From a virus, in UHGV virus genome UHGV-0286546: 64,000 nucleotides of DNA; one strand, written 5' to 3'. The position numbers and the translations under genes are program-made. Every line of letters begins with the position of its first letter. The first letter of the stretch is position 1. Below are positions 29,398 to 37,718 of this stretch, piece after piece. The notes under the pieces are model-generated. The model did not search any database, was not told where the DNA came from, and worked only from the letters and a program-made list of their open reading frames with translations.

Positions 29398-29485
29398 GCC
29401 GACTTGCCAGAATTGGTTGAATGGAACGGATTTGTAATCCGTCGGAGTAATCCCATTGCAGGTTCGAATCCTGTGGTCGGCACCA
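29398..29485 (+). tRNA. aberrant class-II-length tRNA (88 nt), anticodon TGT (Thr) in a perfect 5-bp stem/7-nt loop but with a 15-nt extra arm; Tyr (GTA) register does not fold
   Basis: Acceptor GCCGACT/GGTCGGC, anticodon arm ACGGA-TTTGTAA-TCCGT, T-arm GCAGG-TTCGAAT-CCTGT, CCA encoded. Confidence 0.5.
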
Positions 29486-29574
29486 TTTTTCAAATGCTTT
29501 TTATTTCAGTTTATATAAAAGGTACTTATAAAAACAAGAGTATCATAGAATAAAACTTTTAGTTGTATTTTTAT

Positions 29575-29649
29575 TCTGACGTAGCCTAAAGGTTAGGCAG
29601 CAGACTGTTAATCTGCCCTATGCTGGTTCGAGTCCAGCCGTCAGAGCCA
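29575..29649 (+). tRNA. tRNA-Asn (anticodon GTT)
   Basis: Acceptor TCTGACG/CGTCAGA, D-stem GCCT/AGGC, anticodon arm GCAGA-CTGTTAA-TCTGC, T-arm CTGG-TTCGAGT-CCAG, CCA. Confidence 0.8.
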
Positions 29650-29789
29650 TTTTTTTTTTGTGGTAGTGTCGGTAAAATCTATCTTTATGAATGTTAATTG
29701 TTATATAGATGGATATTCCCGGTATATATGACACCGATATAGGGAGACTACCTCCTTTATTGAATTTACGTTTTTATTCTTAGCGATTT

Positions 29790-29867
29790 GGTCGTTTCGT
29801 TCAGTTGGTCTAGGACATCGCCCTGTCACGGCGAAGATCACGGGTTCGAGCCCCGTAACGACCGCCA
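29790..29867 (+). tRNA. tRNA-Asp (anticodon GTC)
   Basis: Acceptor GGTCGTT/AACGACC, anticodon arm TCGCC-CTGTCAC-GGCGA, T-arm CACGGG-TTCGAGC-CCCGT, CCA. Confidence 0.8.
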
Positions 29868-29944
29868 TTTTTTATCGGAATTTGTATTAGAGTGTTTGGA
29901 AATATTTGTTAATTATGCTCTAATACAATAGAGGTTAAGTGAAT

Positions 29945-29998
29945 CCGGTCTAGCTTAACACTGCAAACCCCTCTAGACCGGACAGTTTTTATATATTT
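29945..29998 (+). terminator. strong intrinsic terminator ending tRNA cluster A (9-bp stem CCGGTCTAG/CTAGACCGG + T run)
   Basis: Inverted repeat with 20-nt loop followed by ACAGTTTTTATAT; second hairpin GTATTAGAG...CTCTAATAC just upstream (29884..29925). Confidence 0.65.
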
Positions 29999-30062
29999 GT
30001 AGAAATAGTTAGTACTTGTTCTAAAAAGTATGTGTTAGTATTTTTTAGCGAGGGTTAACTAT

Positions 30063-30548
30063 ATGAAAATATACACAGACGCCAGTACAAGAAGTAATCT
30101 TTCAGGTTTAGCGTTTATAGTTACTGATGCGAAGAACAAAGTGCAATGTAGAAGAGCGTCTGTTGTAGAAGAAAAAGATAATAACACTGCAGAATTGAGA
30201 GCAATATGTTATGCATTGGCGTATACTAAGTCTGTTGATGAGCCTGTTGTATTAATGACAGATTCAACATATGCGATACAGGCGATAAGAGGTGGATATC
30301 ATAGACCTAATGAAGAAAAATTAATAAACTATATTCATGCTCATATGAAAAATAGAAAGTGTAATATATTTTGGGTGAAAGGACATAACAAAGATGGTAC
30401 TGTCCTTTCTTATTTTAATAAAGAAGCAGATAAGTTAGCAAAACACGTTAGAAAAGAATATGAATATAGTGTAGCTAAACAAAAGAAAATAGATAAACAA
30501 AAAAGATTAGAAGCTGCATTGGTATCTAAGAAAGGAAAAAATAGATGA
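30063..30548 (+). CDS. ribonuclease H (RNase HI-like, 161 aa)
   Basis: Catalytic DEDD pattern: IYTDAST, TAELRAICYAL, LMTDSTYAIQ, WVKGHNKDGTVLSYFNKEADKLAKH. Confidence 0.75.
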   Translation: MKIYTDASTRSNLSGLAFIVTDAKNKVQCRRASVVEEKDNNTAELRAICYALAYTKSVDEPVVLMTDSTYAIQAIRGGYHRPNEEKLINYIHAHMKNRKCNIFWVKGHNKDGTVLSYFNKEADKLAKHVRKEYEYSVAKQKKIDKQKRLEAALVSKKGKNR

Positions 30549-31123
30549 GGACCATAGACTTTTATACAGTTAAAGAAAGTGGTGCAAATATAAATAGAGT
30601 TATATATCATGTTGAAAATTCTGATATTGCTCTTATTAGTGCTTTTCGTTCTGATTCTTCGAAAAAACAAAATTTAGAAAATAATAAAAGATTAGCATTA
30701 GATATACATAATATTGGATTATCGTATATAAAAGTTACTGGTAATTATAAAGAAGAAAATAATTCAGAATTTACAACCGAAGATAGTTTTATAGTAATTC
30801 ATCGTCCAGAATCAAATAAAGCACAAGATGAATTTTTTGAAGAAATGCTTGGATTATGTAGAAAATATAATCAAGATGCAGTATTAATTAGTTTAAAAAA
30901 TCGAAAAGATGTCCCTATTGCTTCGTATGATAGTAATGGAAAAATTGTATATGGTCCATTTACTAAACTTACACTGAGTAATATAGAAGATTTTTATACT
31001 AGAATCCATAATCATAGGTTTAAATTTGAAAGCATTGTAGAATCAGAAGAAGGTATAAAACCGAGCGGATATTCAAATGCCATGCGATATTATGGAACAA
31101 AAGCTTTATTAAAATTAAAATAG
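30545..31123 (+). CDS. hypothetical protein (192 aa); leaderless paralog of 31592..32329
   Basis: Shares FFEEMLGLCRKYNQDAVLISL block with 31592..32329 (FKEEMLALGRKYNQETILLKL). Confidence 0.55.
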   Translation: MRTIDFYTVKESGANINRVIYHVENSDIALISAFRSDSSKKQNLENNKRLALDIHNIGLSYIKVTGNYKEENNSEFTTEDSFIVIHRPESNKAQDEFFEEMLGLCRKYNQDAVLISLKNRKDVPIASYDSNGKIVYGPFTKLTLSNIEDFYTRIHNHRFKFESIVESEEGIKPSGYSNAMRYYGTKALLKLK

Positions 31124-31224
31124 AAGTTTGAGACGTTGAGATTGCGGCTCTGGAGATAATCCTAAATTTATTATATACAATCTCTCAATTAAAACGTTAA
31201 CTTATAGAAAAGGAATAAATAGTC

Positions 31225-31587
31225 ATGTTGAATGGCAGCAATCAAGCACATAAAAGTAGTGCATACGAATCTTTGAGCAAATTAGAACAAGCTGAATTAG
31301 ACACTTTTATTAGAGGTCTTATTCAAGGGGCTTGTGCTTTTACAGACGAGTTTACAGTTTCAGATATTGTAGGTGGTAAGTTTACGCATTGGAAAAATAC
31401 TCCTTTGCATAAAATATATCTTTACCATAAGCATAGAAAAGATTGTGATAATCCGGTGGCCGAATCTGGTAAAGATATGGGAAGAATCTTTAAATATGTC
31501 ATGGCTAAAGATAAATTTAGAAATTATACTCTAGTCGGTACAGAACAAAGACAATTTCCAATTAACCGTTATAGAATAGAGTACTAA
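31225..31587 (+). CDS. hypothetical protein (120 aa)
   Basis: ORF with RBS AAAGGAA. Confidence 0.5.
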   Translation: MLNGSNQAHKSSAYESLSKLEQAELDTFIRGLIQGACAFTDEFTVSDIVGGKFTHWKNTPLHKIYLYHKHRKDCDNPVAESGKDMGRIFKYVMAKDKFRNYTLVGTEQRQFPINRYRIEY

Positions 31588-31591
31588 TAAA

Positions 31592-32329
31592 ATGTCAAAA
31601 TTTAAAGAAGTAGTAGAAAATGCTTTAAAAGAAAGAGGATTTTCTTTACAAAAACTAACAAATAATCTTGAGATAGATAGTCCGATATGTACGTGTTTTA
31701 TAACTGCATATTTAGAAACAAATGACAAGGAAACAAATATTGCTAATAACAACAAATTAGAATTAAATATTGTATCTCTCGGTTATGAATACGGTTATAA
31801 AAAAATCCTTGGTGGATATGTTTATTCAAATGGAACTTTTGCTAAAGAGCCTGGATTTTTAGTATCTTGTAAAAGAACTAATGTATTACCTGAAGATTTT
31901 AAAGAAGAAATGTTAGCTCTTGGCAGGAAATACAATCAAGAAACTATTTTACTAAAGTTACCAGGAGAAAAACCAGCTTACTATAATACCAGAGGTAATA
32001 AAATAGATGAAAAGGATATTGAATTCGCCTTTACAAAGCAGGTAGATCCAACAAAACCGAAAACACTTTATCCAAATGAAATTACAGCTTGGAGTAAAGG
32101 ATATACTCAATTACAAAAAGATGCAAACAAAGGTAAAAATCAAGCTATTGAATTGACCAATGAAAACTCTTCTGTTTTTGAATCGTTGATATTGACTGAT
32201 GAAGAAATCAATGAATTAAAAGAAGATACCAGAGAAAAATGTTTTTGTAGTGGCTCTGGGATATTAAGAATGGCTGCCTGTAGAGAACATTTGGGTTTAG
32301 AACCTTATCCTTGTCTCAAAAAGCGGTAA
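31592..32329 (+). CDS. member of MS(K/R)F(K/R)TIVEN-leader paralog family (245 aa)
   Basis: N-terminus MSKFKEVVENAL; body homologous to 30545..31123. Confidence 0.6.
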   Translation: MSKFKEVVENALKERGFSLQKLTNNLEIDSPICTCFITAYLETNDKETNIANNNKLELNIVSLGYEYGYKKILGGYVYSNGTFAKEPGFLVSCKRTNVLPEDFKEEMLALGRKYNQETILLKLPGEKPAYYNTRGNKIDEKDIEFAFTKQVDPTKPKTLYPNEITAWSKGYTQLQKDANKGKNQAIELTNENSSVFESLILTDEEINELKEDTREKCFCSGSGILRMAACREHLGLEPYPCLKKR

Positions 32330-32345
32330 TTTGAAAGTGTTTAAA

Positions 32346-32954
32346 ATGTCAAGCTTTAGAGAAATAGTAAATACTATTTTGAAGTCAGCTTTACTTGGTA
32401 AAAATCCTAATGTTGAATCATTAGCTATTATTACAGCTGAAGATTCCTTTGGTAAAAAAATTAACAGAAGAGACAATGCTACTCGATTGAAAGTTTTTAA
32501 GATACAATTGAAGCTAGGAGGTCATCCTTATGAAAACATTGTTGATAAATATGGAAATAAAGAGCATTCTTTTGTAATTTTTAATTTATCAAGATCTGCT
32601 GCTAAAAATTATGCAAAAGTATATGAGCAAGAATCGTTTATTTTTGGCATAAAGAATAAAGATGACATGTTATATGAATATTGGGAAACTGTAGATAATG
32701 GTAAAACTTATAATTTATCTAAAACTACAGATTTTATAAGAAATGAGCCAGAATTAGAAGATTATTTTTCTAGATTACATGATTATAAATTTAATATAGG
32801 CTTTGATTTTAATGAATCTATCGACGAAGAAACTGTAAGAAAATTAGAATCTATTACGACTCCAGAAGATAAGAAATGGATTAAAGAATATATTAATGAA
32901 GAACGTGTAGGTATGGCTTCTTATTTACATTATAAAAAGTTGTATAAAAATTAA
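32346..32954 (+). CDS. member of MSxFxxIVxN-leader paralog family (start at second ATG: MSSFREIVNTIL)
   Basis: Internal Met gives family-consensus N-terminus. Confidence 0.5.
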   Translation: MSSFREIVNTILKSALLGKNPNVESLAIITAEDSFGKKINRRDNATRLKVFKIQLKLGGHPYENIVDKYGNKEHSFVIFNLSRSAAKNYAKVYEQESFIFGIKNKDDMLYEYWETVDNGKTYNLSKTTDFIRNEPELEDYFSRLHDYKFNIGFDFNESIDEETVRKLESITTPEDKKWIKEYINEERVGMASYLHYKKLYKN

Positions 32955-32977
32955 TGTCTTAAAAGGAGAGAATCAGT

Positions 32978-33163
32978 ATGACACAAGAAGAAAAACAGAA
33001 ACGCTTAGAAGAACAGCAGTTTAAGAAAAAATGGGCCAAACGTTTGAAACTTAGCCCTATGCCAAATAAGATATCTGCAAATGTTGGTAGAGCACCTCGT
33101 TGTAATAGTAATACCGCTAAAAAAGAAGTATCTTTGGCAGTAGCTTCGAAGAAAAAGAAATAA
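32978..33163 (+). CDS. small basic (K-rich) protein (61 aa)
   Basis: Strong RBS AAGGAGAG 8 nt upstream; preferred over overlapping antisense ORF 32959..33204. Confidence 0.5.
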   Translation: MTQEEKQKRLEEQQFKKKWAKRLKLSPMPNKISANVGRAPRCNSNTAKKEVSLAVASKKKK

Positions 33164-33322
33164 TTTAATCCAATTGACTCCCTAAGCCTCTTAACAATGC
33201 GCAACTAGTCTCTGAATTAACAGTAGATGTATATATAAGCTGCAGTAATTATATATATAGGAGTCGTTTTCTGTTTTACAATACAATTAAAATACTGCAT
33301 ATAATGTATATATTAAATAAAT

Positions 33323-33595
33323 TTGAAAGATAATTTTATGAATTTACTTAATCAATGTCAAATCCGTTTATACGGTGAAAATGAGTGGAGTGAAATTAAA
33401 GAATTTTATCCGGTAGCTAAAAGTGTTTTGATTGAAACCTGGTTAGAAGATCATCCAGAATTTTATGAAAGATCGGTGTTAAGTGATGGATATAAAGAAT
33501 TGATTATTGAAACAAGACATAATGATTCTGAAGATTCTACAATACAAATTCATAAAGTAGATATTTCATATAAGTTTGATATAAAAGATTTATAA
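33323..33595 (+). CDS. hypothetical protein (90 aa)
   Basis: ORF ending 8 nt before tRNA-like element. Confidence 0.5.
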   Translation: MKDNFMNLLNQCQIRLYGENEWSEIKEFYPVAKSVLIETWLEDHPEFYERSVLSDGYKELIIETRHNDSEDSTIQIHKVDISYKFDIKDL

Positions 33596-33603
33596 ATTTT
33601 TAT

Positions 33604-33723
33604 GAGAGGGTAGCTCAGTCTGGTAGAGCAACGTAAAAAAGTATTTAGTATTTAAGTACGTTCAGCAACATATATTTTTGGTTGGTAACCCGTGTGTCGT
33701 AGGTTCAAATCCTACCCCTCTCA
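33604..33723 (+). tRNA. tRNA-like element with ~46-nt insertion replacing a canonical anticodon arm (intron-containing, disrupted or repurposed tRNA)
   Basis: Perfect acceptor GAGAGGG/CCCTCTC, canonical D-arm GCTCAGTCTGGTAGAGC and T-arm GTAGG-TTCAAAT-CCTAC, but 68 nt (33631..33698) between them with no foldable 17-nt anticodon arm; no encoded CCA. Confidence 0.45.
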
Positions 33724-34355
33724 ACAAGTTTTGGTTTGTTAGTTTAGATAGGCTATAATTAAAGTAAGTAAGTTTGGAAGTTACGACACAGACCAAATAA
33801 CCTATCGTTTCCAAATTATCTTTATCGTTGTCGTGAAGGATAAAGAGTGAAAAACTAACGTTAAAGTGACAAAAAGTATACTTAATTATCCAAAGTATTG
33901 CCAATATCACTTGAATTTATGGGTGTCGTGTTTTCGAAAGAGCATGAAGGTCAGGGTCAATCCCAAAAGAGTCACGAACGTGGATTTCATATTTTACCTC
34001 CACCTGCCCATAATTTTTTATGCTCCGTCGTAGTCTTGGTGACCACTAGTTGAATGTCTATAGCTCCAGTCAATTAGTATGGGAATACTGTTCGAATCAG
34101 TTACGGGGTACCAATTTTTATGAGTAGTTTATTAGTTCTTCTCGCCTTGGAAAATTGAACTAGTGAATAGTCATCTTGTAATGGTAAACATTCTTGACTG
34201 AAACTAAAGAAAAGTTTATATGTTTATTAGAGTAATATGGTAAGCCGCGGCTGAGACTTATAAGGGTAAGTAGATATATAGATGTAATGAAAGTTTTACC
34301 ACAGTATAAAGATTAGTAATATGAAGAAAGAATTAAATGACGCGAGGATAAAATA

Positions 34356-34541
34356 ATGAAAGCAAAGAAAATGACAATATCGATTAAAATACCTAAACCT
34401 AGAGATTTTAATCATTATACCTTACAATTAAAAGGATTGATGAGAACGAAAGTAATTAAAAATAAAAAGAAAGAAATCAAGAAATTCAATTGGAAAAAAG
34501 ATAGTACAGATTATTCAAACATTATATTAGCTAGTGCTTAA
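34356..34541 (+). CDS. small K-rich hypothetical protein (61 aa), doubtful
   Basis: ORF in AT-rich spacer; low-complexity lysine-rich. Confidence 0.3.
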   Translation: MKAKKMTISIKIPKPRDFNHYTLQLKGLMRTKVIKNKKKEIKKFNWKKDSTDYSNIILASA

Positions 34542-34562
34542 ATAATTTGTATTGTCTTCATT

Positions 34563-34650
34563 GGAGGAATGGCAGAGTGGCTTAATGCAGCGGTTTACTA
34601 AACCGTCGTACCGAAAGGTGCCGTGGGTTCAAATCCTACTTCCTCCGCCA
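34563..34650 (+). tRNA. class II tRNA (88 nt, Ser-like architecture) with non-canonical anticodon loop TTACTAA (ACT by standard register)
   Basis: Acceptor GGAGGAA/TTCCTCC, anticodon arm (G)CGGT-TTACTAA-ACCG(T), variable-arm hairpin GTACC-GAAA-GGTGC, T-arm GTGGG-TTCAAAT-CCTAC, CCA encoded. Confidence 0.5.
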
Positions 34651-34657
34651 ATTTATT

Positions 34658-34751
34658 AGGTCTGTCGTTCAATGGTTAGGACACTAGGCTTATACCCTAG
34701 CGAGCGTCTGATTAACGCGAAATCCCAGTTCGAGTCTGGGCGGACCTACCA
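34658..34751 (+). tRNA. 94-nt tRNA-like gene: anticodon arm CTAGG-CTTATAC-CCTAG (TAT) followed by a 23-nt extra arm that itself looks like an anticodon stem-loop (GCGT-CTGATTA-ACGC)
   Basis: Acceptor AGGTCTG/CGGACCT, D-arm GTTC-AATGGTTA-GGAC, T-arm CCCAG-TTCGAGT-CTGGG, CCA encoded. Confidence 0.45.
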
Positions 34752-34776
34752 GTTTTAAATAAGAAAGGAAGTATAA

Positions 34777-34971
34777 ATGAGCACACGTCAAGAATATAAT
34801 AAAAAAATTTTAGCACATATTTCTGAAAAAATAGACCAGTGTTCAGATATGCGTTTTGTACAAATTCTGTGGGCATTGAGAATTGATGATGGACAAGATA
34901 ATTTCTACGAAGAATCGAAAGAAACGTTAGAAAAAGTAGAAAACAATCTAAAGAAAATTAATAACGAATAA
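34777..34971 (+). CDS. small hypothetical protein (64 aa)
   Basis: ORF with RBS AAGGAAG. Confidence 0.5.
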   Translation: MSTRQEYNKKILAHISEKIDQCSDMRFVQILWALRIDDGQDNFYEESKETLEKVENNLKKINNE

Positions 34972-35046
34972 TATTATTTCCGGTTTTACAATATTTTTAA
35001 CAAGACATATATTTGTTTATAGATTAACAGAAAAAAGGAAGTGGAT

Positions 35047-36531
35047 ATGTCTGATAATAAAACAATGACTGAAAAAGGTGCTATTACTAATCAATCTACA
35101 TTAGACAAAGTTGTAGATTGGTTTTATCATGGAGCCGCATTACGTAGAGAAAAAAACAAAGACCGTATTATAGCTTTGTTTGATGATGCTTTTAAACAGG
35201 ATAAAACCAAAGCATTGCGTATTTTATTTTATATTCGTGATATTCGTGGTGGTCAAGGTGAAAGACGCATTTTTAGAATTTGCTTAAATCATTTGGCAAA
35301 AATAGAATCTGCTTGGTTAAAAGACAATTTGGCATTAATTGCTGAATACGGCAGATATGATGATTATTTGTGCTTGCTTGATACAGAAATTAAAAGTGCT
35401 GTAATTGATTTCGTTAAAGCACAATTAGATAAAGATATTGCTGCAATAGATAGCAATACACCTATTTCATTGCTTGCCAAATGGATGCCTTCCGTTACAA
35501 CCAAGAATAAAGAAAAAAGAAGATATTTAAATGCTCTTTTGAATTCTGGTAAATTTGGCACAGTAAAAAATTATAGACAAACGTTATCTAAACTTCGTGA
35601 TAAATTAAATATTGTTGAAAAGAATCTTTGCAATAAAGCCTTTGCTGAAATTGAATATTCTAAAGTTTCTTCTAATGCAATGTCTAAGTATTCAAAAACT
35701 AGAATTTCATCTGGATTAGCTGGTACTTTTTGGCGCAATGACTTAGATAGATTTAAAATGTATTTAGACGCTGTTAAAAACGGTAAAACAATCGACGGCA
35801 AAGAAGTAAAAATAAATGCAAAAACCTTATATCCATATGATGTTATTACAAAATATATGAGTGGTTATAGTATAAGTCATCAAGAAGATCCTGCAGCGGA
35901 AGCTCAATGGAATGCTTTACCTGATTATGTACCAGAGATTAACGGCATTGTAATTTATGATACTTCGGGTTCAATGTATGGATTACCTATGGCTGTATCT
36001 TTGTCGTTGGCTATTTATATTGCTGAAAGAAATAAATCAGAAGTTTGGCGTAATTATGTTATTCCATTCTCATCTAATGCGACTTGGAAAAAAGTAAAGG
36101 GTAACAATTTAGTAGAAAAAATTGAATCTATTTATACTGGAGATTGTTCAAATACTAATTTACAAGCAGCCTTTGATCTTATTTTAGGTAAAGCTATATA
36201 TGCGCAAGTACCTAAAGAAGATATGCCAAAACAGCTGATTATTATTAGTGATATGGAATTTGATTCGGTTTCTTCTAATAACCAAACTAATTATGAAGCT
36301 ATAAAAAGCAAATATAAGAAAGCTGGTTATGACTTACCACAATTAATCTGGTGGAACGTTGAATCAAGAAGCAATCAAACACCGATTACAGTAAATGATA
36401 AAAATTGTTTATTGCTTTCTGGCTGTTCACCGGTAGTTATGCAAGTAGCTTTGGGTGGTTCATACGATTTTATGGAAGCAATCGATAAAATTATTAACCA
36501 AGAACGTTATAGTTGCATCAATTATAATTAG
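35047..36531 (+). CDS. von Willebrand factor A (vWA) domain protein with DUF2828/TROVE-like N-terminal region
   Basis: MIDAS motif IVIYDTSGSMYG; N-terminal ALRILFYIRDIRGGQGERRIF block reminiscent of DUF2828-type proteins (uncertain); ATG at 35047 preferred over GTG at 35041. Confidence 0.6.
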   Translation: MSDNKTMTEKGAITNQSTLDKVVDWFYHGAALRREKNKDRIIALFDDAFKQDKTKALRILFYIRDIRGGQGERRIFRICLNHLAKIESAWLKDNLALIAEYGRYDDYLCLLDTEIKSAVIDFVKAQLDKDIAAIDSNTPISLLAKWMPSVTTKNKEKRRYLNALLNSGKFGTVKNYRQTLSKLRDKLNIVEKNLCNKAFAEIEYSKVSSNAMSKYSKTRISSGLAGTFWRNDLDRFKMYLDAVKNGKTIDGKEVKINAKTLYPYDVITKYMSGYSISHQEDPAAEAQWNALPDYVPEINGIVIYDTSGSMYGLPMAVSLSLAIYIAERNKSEVWRNYVIPFSSNATWKKVKGNNLVEKIESIYTGDCSNTNLQAAFDLILGKAIYAQVPKEDMPKQLIIISDMEFDSVSSNNQTNYEAIKSKYKKAGYDLPQLIWWNVESRSNQTPITVNDKNCLLLSGCSPVVMQVALGGSYDFMEAIDKIINQERYSCINYN

Positions 36532-36650
36532 TTCTTAATAACTATTAAAGACTGTGAAAAACGTACAGCAATCTATAAAATATTTTATATTGAAGACTTG
36601 CTGTGTTTTAACAGCATGATAAGGTATTAATTTCGGTTAATACCTGTTTA

Positions 36651-36715
36651 TAAGGAAGGGCCGAAACAAAAGTTTTTCGTTAAAAGACAGTCTTTACGGT
36701 CCTTCCTTTTTTTTA
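36651..36715 (+). terminator. long hairpin + T8 terminator after vWA gene
   Basis: AAGGAAGGGCCG...CGGTCCTTCCTTTTTTTT. Confidence 0.6.
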
Positions 36716-36728
36716 TCAAAGGATAGGA

Positions 36729-36977
36729 ATGTTTACAATGTTAGATTTGCATAAAAAGTCAATATATAATAAAGAAGAATTGGATAAAGCAGATTTATGT
36801 GGATGTTTCTATTGCTGCGAAGTATTTGATCCGAGTGAAATAAAAGAATACACTGATAACGGAAACACTGCACTTTGCCCATATTGTAAAGTTGATTCTG
36901 TAATACCTCTTAATAAAAACGATGAAGAGTCTAAAGAAATTTTACAAAAAATGTATGGATATTTCTTTAAAGATTAA
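36729..36977 (+). CDS. zinc-ribbon protein (82 aa)
   Basis: CGCFYCC...CPYC four-Cys pattern. Confidence 0.5.
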   Translation: MFTMLDLHKKSIYNKEELDKADLCGCFYCCEVFDPSEIKEYTDNGNTALCPYCKVDSVIPLNKNDEESKEILQKMYGYFFKD

Positions 36978-37057
36978 AATTTTATTTATTTTTTGTTTTA
37001 CATTTATATTCTATATTATATAAATATATTGTTTTTAAGTCAATATAAAAATTTTAT

Positions 37058-37130
37058 TCGGGGGTCGTCTAGTGGCAGGACATGAGATTTTGGCTCTCAT
37101 AACGTTGGTTCGAATCCAGCCCCCCGAACC
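37058..37130 (+). tRNA. tRNA-Gln (anticodon TTG)
   Basis: Acceptor TCGGGGG/CCCCCGA, anticodon arm TGAGA-TTTTGGC-TCTCA, T-loop TTCGAAT, CCA encoded. Confidence 0.75.
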
Positions 37131-37152
37131 AAAAATTGAAAGGAAAAGAAAA

Positions 37153-37380
37153 ATGAAGTTATATGATAGTGGAATTATTTTAGGTAGTGTAATTGCATTT
37201 ATGATATATGGAATAGGGTATATTATAAATGGAAAAATTAATGAACAGCCTAAAGTAGACTATCAAGAACAAAGAATTCTAAACGAAGGTTATGTAAAAA
37301 CTAATTATACAGAAGATCAAATTTTCTACAGTGATTACCAAGAATGTGTAGAATATAAAGATCATTTTTATTGTTATTAA
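37153..37380 (+). CDS. small membrane protein (start corrected to ATG after tRNA-Gln; track ORF 37072 begins inside the tRNA)
   Basis: RBS AAAGGAAAAG then ATG; hydrophobic N-terminus IILGSVIAFMIYGIGYII. Confidence 0.5.
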   Translation: MKLYDSGIILGSVIAFMIYGIGYIINGKINEQPKVDYQEQRILNEGYVKTNYTEDQIFYSDYQECVEYKDHFYCY

Positions 37381-37394
37381 TTTAGGAAGTAAAG

Positions 37395-37643
37395 ATGAAA
37401 AAAGTATTGTTAGGCATTTTTATTGTTTTATTGTTAACTGCTTGTGCTCAAGAAAGAGTACCGTACGTTAAAACAGATTGTAGAAATTGTAATTCTCAAT
37501 ATACCGTAAGAAAACCTGTAGAAATTGTATACGAAGAGATTACTTATACTACTGTTTATGAACCAAGAACATATGCTAAGACAAAAAGAGTAACGGTTCC
37601 ATATAAAAATTGTGAAAAAACTTATAAAAAATACTGTCGTTAA
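37395..37643 (+). CDS. small lipoprotein (82 aa)
   Basis: Signal peptide with lipobox LLTAC. Confidence 0.5.
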   Translation: MKKVLLGIFIVLLLTACAQERVPYVKTDCRNCNSQYTVRKPVEIVYEEITYTTVYEPRTYAKTKRVTVPYKNCEKTYKKYCR

Positions 37644-37650
37644 TAAAAAA

Positions 37651-37680
37651 TTGCTTTACAAATAAAAATTTTATGATAAT
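37651..37680 (+). promoter_or_regulatory. sigma70-like promoter TTGCTT-N17-TGATAAT (module copy 1)
   Basis: Near-consensus -35/-10 spacing; homologous copy at 43106..43136; related TTGTTTTAC motifs at 36999 and 39397. Confidence 0.55.
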
Positions 37681-37718
37681 ATAAATATATAAATTAAAAA
37701 AGAAGGGTTCTATAAACT

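Noticed and set aside
29215-29493. Track ORF on minus strand (92 aa) spanning tRNA-Ala and the aberrant tRNA
   Set aside because: Completely overlaps two well-folded tRNA genes; translation contains tRNA-derived sequence; spurious
32959-33204. 81-aa minus-strand ORF
   Set aside because: Overlaps plus-strand ORF 32978..33163, which has a strong AAGGAGAG RBS; the minus-strand frame is the mirror of K/E-rich codons
33662-33910. Track ORF on minus strand overlapping the tRNA-like element
   Set aside because: Overlaps tRNA T-arm/acceptor; no RBS; spurious
37072-37152. 5' part of track ORF 37072..37380 (MAGHEILALITLVRIQPPEP...)
   Set aside because: This part is the reading of tRNA-Gln itself; real start is ATG at 37153 after an RBS
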